From: Planctomycetales bacterium
Lineage (GTDB): Bacteria > 4484-113
Reading direction: 5' to 3'
Assembly (NCBI GenBank): GCA_037445915.1
Contig: JBBIJQ010000049.1
Span: 1 to 15,030 of the forward strand
Length of the DNA: 15,030 nucleotides
Positions 8,867 through 15,030 of the stretch are shown in pieces (the first letter of the stretch is position 1; every line of letters starts with the position of its first letter). The notes beneath the pieces are model-generated. The model saw only the letters and a list, made by a program, of their open reading frames with translations, had not been told where the DNA came from and made no database searches. The position numbers and the translations under genes were made by a program.

Positions 8867-10015
8867 ATGCCTGCGCAGCCCATCTTCGGGAACGGCATTG
8901 CGCTTCGGTTCTTGGCGAAGCTGATTTTGCGCGAGACGCTGCCGAGCACGATGCTGCTCACCGGCCCCGGCGGGGTTGGGAAGGCGCTGACGGGCTTTGC
9001 GTTCATCACGGCGCTGGTGTGCGAGCGGAACATTGGCAAACGCGCACAAAGCGCGGTGGACATTGCCGGAGGAAACGGCGGCGGTGATAACGCGCATGAA
9101 ACATCCACACTGCTCAGCTCATGCGGCGAATGCGCTGCATGCCGCGCGCTGGAGGCGGGAGTGTCCACCGATTTCGCAGGCATCCGCCCGAAGACTGCCA
9201 AGCTTACGCTGAAGACGGTGCGCGAAGAGCACGGCTCTTTCCGCGACGCATACCTTTACCCGCGCGCGCTGCCATACCGCCTGTTCCTGATGGAAGAGTG
9301 CCACGCGATGAGCGAGGACCTCGCCAACACGATGCTCAAGCTGCTTGAGGAGCCGCCGGAGCGCACGCTGTTCATCCTCGTGACCGACCAGCCGTCGCTC
9401 TTGCTGCCAACAATCATTTCGCGTTCATTGCGCGTGCGCTTCCGCCCTGAACCTGAAGCGGCATTGGCGCAGTGGCTGCGCGATGACGGAGTATCCGCGA
9501 CCGATGCCGAGAACGCGGCGTTCTTCGCGCAGGGCAGGGCGGGCATTGCGCGATTCTTCCTGCTGGAAAAAGAGCTGCTGCCGAAGACAACGGCGGTTAT
9601 GGGCAAGTTCACGGGTATGCTCAAGAAGCAGCCTACCGCGGCAGGGCTATATCCGCTGGGCGATGCGTTGCTTGCGCTGGCAGACATTTACCACGACGCG
9701 ATGGTGCGCGTGGAAACAGGCGACGTGCCGCAGTCGTATTACCTGCTTCCGTGGCGTCGCGCGGCGGAAGCCATCGGCGATGACGAGCCTGAGAAGATGG
9801 CTGACGAGCGCAGGCGCGAGCTTCGCCGCGAAGCGCTGCAACTGGCGCTGGACATGCTGTTGCTTGCGGTGTGGCGCGTGAATCCCGGGGCTGCGGCTGC
9901 GTCAGCGCCTCTTTTCGGGCAGGCGACGAGCATGCTGGACGTGAACCTACGCGAAGAGCAGGTCGTGGATTATTTGCTGGTGGGAATGGCCGGTGCTAGA
10001 ATTAGCAGCCCTTGA
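8867..10015 (+). CDS. holB: DNA polymerase III subunit delta-prime-like clamp-loader protein
   Basis: GPGGVGK P-loop, C...CGECAAC zinc module, degenerate Walker B (LMEECHAM), ANTMLKLLEEPP and LLPTIISRS. Directly upstream of a PSP1 gene, as commonly seen. Confidence 0.88.
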   Translation: MPAQPIFGNGIALRFLAKLILRETLPSTMLLTGPGGVGKALTGFAFITALVCERNIGKRAQSAVDIAGGNGGGDNAHETSTLLSSCGECAACRALEAGVSTDFAGIRPKTAKLTLKTVREEHGSFRDAYLYPRALPYRLFLMEECHAMSEDLANTMLKLLEEPPERTLFILVTDQPSLLLPTIISRSLRVRFRPEPEAALAQWLRDDGVSATDAENAAFFAQGRAGIARFFLLEKELLPKTTAVMGKFTGMLKKQPTAAGLYPLGDALLALADIYHDAMVRVETGDVPQSYYLLPWRRAAEAIGDDEPEKMADERRRELRREALQLALDMLLLAVWRVNPGAAAASAPLFGQATSMLDVNLREEQVVDYLLVGMAGARISSP

Positions 10016-11035
10016 GTGGGCGAAGCCGTGGATACCGAATATCACGCCAATGACGAAGCAAGCGCGGGCGAAGACGCCCCGCAGCCTTCCGGCGCTCCTG
10101 CGCAGTGTGAAGCAGGAATAGCTGCTCCAGCTCTCGCCGCGCCAGTCGCCCCCGAATCCATTAAGCCGCCTGAGCGCTGGGCTTACTATGTCGCGATGGG
10201 CAGGCTGCGCCGCCGTAGCGTTTTCCTCGCCGCAGAGGATATGGGCCGCCACTTCGGCAGGCAGGTCATTGTGGACGCTGAATACGGGCTGGACATTGGG
10301 CTGTTGCGTGAACGCTGCAAGGAAATCCCTAACGAAACCGCCGGCGTGGTTGTGAGGCCTGCCGACTGTGGCGACCTTGAGCACGCGGCGAAGAACGTCG
10401 ACGCAGATGTTGAGTGCGCGAAGATCTTTGAGGACGCCGTGCGCGACGAGGGGCTGGATATGAAGCTAGCGGGGATTGACCACAGCTTTGAGCAGGCGCG
10501 CATTACCTTCTACTACCAAGCGTCGGGGCGCGTGGACTTCCGCCAGCTTGTGAAGCTACTTGCTTCAAAGCTGCGGCGGCGCATTGAGCTTTACCAGCTC
10601 AATTTGCGCGACCAGCTTTTATTCCACGCATATATCGGCCCGTGCGGCCTGGATCTGTGCTGCAAAGCAAAGCCAGAGCTTTTCCCGGAGAAAATCCCGA
10701 CGCGCCTGGCGAAGCTGCAAAAGCTACCATACAGCCCAGGGAAGATGTCGGGCATGTGCGGAAAGCCGTACTGCTGCCTGAAATACGAAGCTGAAGGCTA
10801 CCAGGAGTTTGCGGACTTCCTGGGGATTAAGCCCGGTGCGCCCTTCCGCCGCAAGGGCGGCGACAGGAAGGAATGCCGCGTCATGGACTGGAACATGCTC
10901 ACCAACCAGGTTTTTGTTGACGCGGGCGAAGATGACAAGGAGCTTGTCTTTACGCTTGAGGAATTCAAGCGCGAGTTCGAGCCGATGCGCCGCCAAGACC
11001 ACGCCAAGCAGCAGCACCGCGACGATGAAGGCTAG
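10016..11035 (+). CDS. PSP1-domain protein (YaaT/RicT family)
   Basis: ITFYYQASGRVDFRQLVKLLA..LRRRIELYQ, GPCGLDLCC and KMSGMCGKPYCCLKYE motifs. Start codon uncertain because the N-terminus is low complexity. Confidence 0.9.
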   Translation: MGEAVDTEYHANDEASAGEDAPQPSGAPAQCEAGIAAPALAAPVAPESIKPPERWAYYVAMGRLRRRSVFLAAEDMGRHFGRQVIVDAEYGLDIGLLRERCKEIPNETAGVVVRPADCGDLEHAAKNVDADVECAKIFEDAVRDEGLDMKLAGIDHSFEQARITFYYQASGRVDFRQLVKLLASKLRRRIELYQLNLRDQLLFHAYIGPCGLDLCCKAKPELFPEKIPTRLAKLQKLPYSPGKMSGMCGKPYCCLKYEAEGYQEFADFLGIKPGAPFRRKGGDRKECRVMDWNMLTNQVFVDAGEDDKELVFTLEEFKREFEPMRRQDHAKQQHRDDEG

Positions 11036-11072
11036 CCGCCCCGCGCAGCCGCGTGGGCTATAATTGGGCTAT

Positions 11073-11145
11073 GCGCCCGTAGCTCAGGGGATAGAGCATC
11101 TGCCTTCTAAGCAGAGGGTCGCAGGTTCAAGTCCTGCCGGGCGTA
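11073..11145 (+). tRNA. tRNA-Arg (anticodon TCT); CCA not encoded
   Basis: Cloverleaf: GCGCCCG/CGGGCGT acceptor, GCTC/GAGC D-stem, TCTGC-CTTCTAA-GCAGA anticodon arm, GCAGG-TTCAAGT-CCTGC T-arm, discriminator A. TATAAT at 11059-11064. Confidence 0.97.
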
Positions 11146-11182
11146 ATTTCCATGTTCGGTTGTGAGTTGGAGGGCTTGCCCT

Positions 11183-11494
11183 ATGGAAACAGGCATAGTA
11201 ATCGTGACAACGACGTATCCATCCAAAGAGAGCGCGCTAGATGCCGCGCGGGAAATCATCCGTGGGAAGCTCGCAGCCTGCGCGCACATTTATCCCGTCA
11301 CCAGCGTTTATCACTGGGAGGGGAAACTGGAAGAAAGCGGCGAGTTTGCGCTTGCAGCCAAAACAACCATTGAATCCGCTTCAAGGCTTATGGAGCGCTT
11401 GCGCGCCAACCATCCCTACGCGCTTCCGGAGCTGCTGATAACCCCGGCCGGCGGCGATGCGCGCTACATAGAGTGGGTTAAGTCCGCGGTTTAG
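11183..11494 (+). CDS. cutA: Divalent-cation tolerance protein CutA
   Basis: VTTTYP...KLAACAHI.PVTSVYHWEGKL...E...KT...HPYALPEL...YIEWV. SD GGAGG upstream of ATG 11183. 103 aa. Confidence 0.95.
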   Translation: METGIVIVTTTYPSKESALDAAREIIRGKLAACAHIYPVTSVYHWEGKLEESGEFALAAKTTIESASRLMERLRANHPYALPELLITPAGGDARYIEWVKSAV

Positions 11495-11543
11495 TGAAGC
11501 GCGAATGCCAGTGAACACATGAGCCAGTGGTATCATCTAAAGC

Positions 11544-12389
11544 ATGACGATGAATAAAGCTGCATATGCATTATGCGCCGTGCTCGCGCTCGTCGGGCTT
11601 CTTGCGCTTTCGCCCTGCGCCTATGCCGGGCTGTTTAAGGTGTCGCGCAACGACGAGCGCAAGATTGGCCAGGGGTTCTACGAAAGCTACAAGAAGGAAC
11701 GCAAATATCTTGATAACACGCCCGACGGCGCGCGCGTGAAGCGGGTAGGGCAGAAACTCGTGCAGCGCAACAACCTTTCCGACTGGAACTACACATTCAC
11801 GCTGGTTGACGACGAGGAAGTAAACGCCTTCGCCGTCCCCGGCGGCTACGTCTTCATTAATAAAGGCCTTTACGATTACCTTTTCTATGACGAGGCGATG
11901 CTGGCTGCGGTGCTGGGCCATGAAATGGCGCACATAAAAGAGCGCCACTACAAGCAAATGTATGAAAAGTCGCTGAAGGCGCAGCTGGGGATACTCGCAG
12001 TTGGGCTTGCCATAGGCGGGCGCGAAGGGCAGGCTGTCGCGGAAACGCTGGGATACGGCGGCTCGCTGATATTCCTTAAGTATTCACGCGACGATGAAGA
12101 GCATGCAGACCGCACCGGCATTGAACTTGCTTTCGGCGCGGGATACGACCCCTATGGGATGTCGCGCAGCATGCGCCTGTTCAGCAAGCTGGAGAGCAAG
12201 CTGGGCAAGACGGAGTTGTTTGACCTTTGGCGCACCCACCCGCAACCAAAAGAGCGAATTGATCGCTGCCAGAGGATAGCGCTGGAGCTAAGCGGGAAAA
12301 GCGAGATAGCGTTCAACCCCCCAACGCCGCCGAAAGACAGCCCGCTTTACGAAAAGCCTCCGACCATCATCCGCAAAATTGACGGGTAA
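11544..12389 (+). CDS. Exported M48-family zinc metallopeptidase
   Basis: Signal peptide (..CAYA-G), VNAFAVPGG, GHEMAH (HExxH), YSRDDEEHAD, AGYDP and THP...RI motifs. Confidence 0.93.
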   Translation: MTMNKAAYALCAVLALVGLLALSPCAYAGLFKVSRNDERKIGQGFYESYKKERKYLDNTPDGARVKRVGQKLVQRNNLSDWNYTFTLVDDEEVNAFAVPGGYVFINKGLYDYLFYDEAMLAAVLGHEMAHIKERHYKQMYEKSLKAQLGILAVGLAIGGREGQAVAETLGYGGSLIFLKYSRDDEEHADRTGIELAFGAGYDPYGMSRSMRLFSKLESKLGKTELFDLWRTHPQPKERIDRCQRIALELSGKSEIAFNPPTPPKDSPLYEKPPTIIRKIDG

Positions 12390-12399
12390 GCGGCCTAGC

Positions 12400-13032
12400 C
12401 TACTCCTTGCGCGGCTGCTCTTTTGCGGTTTTGATGATCTCGTCAATCAGGCCGAACTCGCCGTAATCACGCGCTTCCTCCGGGCTGAAATACTTGTCGC
12501 GGTCCGCGTCTTTCGCGACTTGCGCAGGCTTTTTGCCGGTGTGGTAGGCGATAATTTCATAAAGCCGGTCGCGGGCGATGACTACTTCGCGCGCCTGTAT
12601 TTCCACATCGGCGGCGGTACCGCGGAAACCTCCGGCAGGCTGGTGGATCATCATCCGCGAGTTGGGCAGCGCGAACCGTTTGCCCTTTGCGCCGCCTGTG
12701 AGCAGTATCGCCCCCATGCTCGCAGCAAGCCCTACGCAAATCGTGCTCACGTCGGGCTTGATAAGCTGCATCGTGTCGTAAATGGCGAGGCCGTCAATGA
12801 CTGTTCCGCCGGGCGAGTTGATGTAGATGTCAATATCTTTGCTGGGGTCTTCCTTTTCCAGGAATAGCAGTTGCGCGATGACGGCGTTGGCGAGCTGGTC
12901 GTCAATATCGGTGCCGATGAAAATGATCCGGTCTTTGAGCAGCCGCGAGTAAATATCATAGCCGCGCTCTCCGTATGCCGACTGCTCAATCACATAAGGT
13001 ATGTGCTGGAATGCGCGAATCTTCTTGTCCAT
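12400..13032 (-). CDS. clpP: ATP-dependent Clp protease proteolytic subunit
   Basis: [27 protein letters not shown] (Ser), MIHQP (His), DRD (Asp). Confidence 0.98.
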   Translation of the reverse strand: MDKKIRAFQHIPYVIEQSAYGERGYDIYSRLLKDRIIFIGTDIDDQLANAVIAQLLFLEKEDPSKDIDIYINSPGGTVIDGLAIYDTMQLIKPDVSTICVGLAASMGAILLTGGAKGKRFALPNSRMMIHQPAGGFRGTAADVEIQAREVVIARDRLYEIIAYHTGKKPAQVAKDADRDKYFSPEEARDYGEFGLIDEIIKTAKEQPRKE

Positions 13033-13044
13033 CGTAATTCCCCT

Positions 13045-14418
13045 TTATTGCTGGCCTTCGTTGGTTTCCAACGTATCAATTTCAGTCCCGGTCTCAGGCT
13101 GCGGCGCGGGCTCTTCGTCTTCGTAATAGAAACTCGCGCTCTCGGCGATGTGCTTGAATACCTTGGCGCGTAGGATCTCCATCATAGCGTCGTTTCGGAA
13201 TTCGCGGTTTTGCAGGAGCTTCTTCATGTCCTTGGAGTTGACGTTATATTGGCGCATCCTGCTGGCAGCATACCGCGACATCTCCTCGTCAGTGACGCGA
13301 ATGTTCTCGGCCTTGGCGATTGCGCGCACGGCGAGGAACTCCTTGAGTCGCCGCGTTGCTTCTTCGCGCAGGCTGTTGCGGTATTCCTCAAGCTGCATGT
13401 CGCGTTCCTTAAGCATTTCCGCAAGCGAATGGCCGCGCGCGCGCAAGTTGCGTTCGTGCGAGCTAATGAGGTAATCCGTCTCCTCCTTAATCATATCTTC
13501 GGAGACAACTACCGCCATCCTCCCAAGCAGGTGCGAAAGCGACACATCCTGCTTATAGCGCTTCTCCTCTTCGGCAAGTTCGTACTCCAGCGCCTCCTGG
13601 ATGTAGCGCTCAAACTCCTCTACCGAATCCATTTTGAAATTTTCCTTCACGAATGCCGCTGTAACATCCGGCGGCTTAACGGTGCGCACTGCGTTTACCG
13701 CCGCTTCAAAGATAAGCGTCTTGCCTGCGACTTCATGCCTTGGAAAGTCGTTGGGCATAACATATTCAAAGGTAAGCTTGTCTCCGCCCTTCGCGCCTGC
13801 GAAATGCTCATCATAGCCCGGAAGGTTGCCTTCCTTGCCAAGGATGTGCAGAGCGTCTTTATGCGCAAGCGGGGCTTCCTTCTCACCGTCGTCAAACGTC
13901 GTCTTCAGGTCGTAAGCGATGGCGTCGCCCATCTCCGCAGCGCCCTTCTTGTCTTCATACTGGATGAAGCGCTCCAGCAGATTCTGCCGGTAGCGGCGGG
14001 TCATCTCGCTGTCAATAATCACGCGCTTTATCGGGATGCGAAAGCCCTTGTAGTCGGGCAGGCTAACTTCCGGCAGTAGCGGTATTTCATAGACGACCTC
14101 GTAAGGCTCGTTTTCCACCGCCGCGCGCTCATTTTTGAAAGTCACGTCGCTGGAGCGCGCCTGAAGTTCCAGGTCTGCCAGGCTCTGGTTGACGGCGGCT
14201 TCCTTGATTTCATCCTGCGCCTCACGGGCGATATCCTCCGCTCCTACCCGGCTGGTGATGATGTTGCGCGGTATCTTGCCTTTACGGAAGCCGGGCAACT
14301 TCAGTTGCTGGTTGTATTGTTCATAAACGCTGTTGAAAAACCGGTTTACTTCTTTGGCGTCAAGGCTAACGCGCACTGTTGCGCGGTTCTCAACCCTTTC
14401 CACAAGTTCAGATTGCAT
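13045..14418 (-). CDS. tig: Trigger factor
   Basis: PGFRKGKIP ribosome-binding signature, FKBP-like middle domain, 457 aa, SD GAGGTG, directly upstream of clpP. Confidence 0.96.
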   Translation of the reverse strand: MQSELVERVENRATVRVSLDAKEVNRFFNSVYEQYNQQLKLPGFRKGKIPRNIITSRVGAEDIAREAQDEIKEAAVNQSLADLELQARSSDVTFKNERAAVENEPYEVVYEIPLLPEVSLPDYKGFRIPIKRVIIDSEMTRRYRQNLLERFIQYEDKKGAAEMGDAIAYDLKTTFDDGEKEAPLAHKDALHILGKEGNLPGYDEHFAGAKGGDKLTFEYVMPNDFPRHEVAGKTLIFEAAVNAVRTVKPPDVTAAFVKENFKMDSVEEFERYIQEALEYELAEEEKRYKQDVSLSHLLGRMAVVVSEDMIKEETDYLISSHERNLRARGHSLAEMLKERDMQLEEYRNSLREEATRRLKEFLAVRAIAKAENIRVTDEEMSRYAASRMRQYNVNSKDMKKLLQNREFRNDAMMEILRAKVFKHIAESASFYYEDEEPAPQPETGTEIDTLETNEGQQ

Positions 14419-14454
14419 TCTTCACCTCAGTTCACTCCCTTCCGGGGAGCAGAG

Positions 14455-14460
14455 ATTATA
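14455..14460 (-). promoter_or_regulatory. Putative -10 box for tig-clpP
   Basis: TATAAT 36 nt upstream of the tig ATG. The leader contains a small hairpin (CTCCC-CGGAA-GGGAG) followed by SD GAGGTG. Confidence 0.55.
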
Positions 14461-14909
14461 GCCTATTATCGCGGCGCAATCACGCTTGATGTTCAGCATA
14501 TACAGCAGCATTAGTGGGCGTAAGCGCTTAAATCCAATGCGCGGCTAAGCCCAAGGGACAGCCATGCCTACAATGATTAAGGATTCTTGTTAGTGAAGCT
14601 TGAGAAATATACTGCTTTTGTGTTTTCCCTGGTTTTCTGACATTCAGAAGCTCCATATTATGGTAGCTTGTAACTAGATGGGTTGGATTGTGGATGAGGA
14701 TAGCTCTAAGGGAGTGCCACGCATTCTGTGGACTATCGCGTGACGCTTCTTTGCGGGGCATGTTCCCGCAGGGCAACCCTTGCTTGGTTCGCAATTGGGA
14801 TTATGGGCAGTTACGCTATTACGCTGCACGGTGGGAAGCGCCGCTCTTTGTGCGGCAGTTTGCAGATAGCGTATTTATTTTCATATCACCAAAGGACGAG
14901 GTGAACTTT

Positions 14910-15030
14910 ATGAGGAAGAATTTATTTTTTGTAGGCGGGATGCTAATCCTGCTTGTGTTGCTGGGGGTGATGTCGTGCGGCGGCGGCCGCAAGAGCGCGA
15001 CCATCCCAACATTGGGGGACACTGTGCGCA
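14910..15030 (+). CDS. Lipoprotein, N-terminal fragment (runs off the window)
   Basis: Not in the ORF track. SD GAGGTG, then ATG 14910: MRKNLFFVGGMLILLVLLGVMS-CGGGRKSATIPTLGDTVR, a signal peptide II similar in style to the 7382 protein (S-CGG). Confidence 0.8.
   Translation, partial: MRKNLFFVGGMLILLVLLGVMSCGGGRKSATIPTLGDTVR

Noticed and set aside
10013-10018. holB TGA is followed immediately and in frame by the PSP1 GTG, suggesting Sec read-through or a fusion
   Set aside because: No redox or Cys-equivalent context, the junction is low complexity, and the two are normally separate adjacent genes.
11073-11182. tRNA as the integration site of an island
   Set aside because: No integrase, no duplicated tRNA 3' end, and housekeeping genes on both sides.
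12390-12400. clpX missing after tig-clpP
   Set aside because: Separation of clpX from tig-clpP is common, and it may lie elsewhere in the genome.
14528-14794. 88-aa minus-strand ORF upstream of tig (and 14819..15022)
   Set aside because: No clear SD or motif and atypical composition. The second ORF is antisense to the lipoprotein start at 14910.

Overview
GC-rich bacterial chromosomal window. The left end (minus strand, 1-3078) is an arsR-led redox/efflux operon: arsR, ArsP/DUF318 permease, small CPKC redox-disulfide protein, lipoprotein stub, thioredoxin lipoprotein, ccdA. The main finding is that the thioredoxin, split in two by the ORF track, is one in-frame gene with TGA at the first Cys of the redox motif (W-U-T-G-C) and a SECIS-like hairpin downstream. 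This predicts an exported, lipid-anchored selenocysteine thioredoxin next to CcdA. The upstream half of the operon looks broken: an 8-bp tandem duplication frameshifts the permease, a 1-nt loss frameshifts the small redox protein, and the next lipoprotein is truncated. The Sec-thioredoxin and ccdA each have their own TATAAT box. The rest is mostly housekeeping: ligA, a divergent glmS, a lipoprotein with dockerin-like repeats, holB, PSP1/RicT, tRNA-Arg(TCT), cutA, an M48 peptidase, clpP, tig and the start of another lipoprotein. Non-coding signals include a mixed cluster of GTAG-type REP palindromes, several apparently leaderless genes and a structured 5' leader at the right end.
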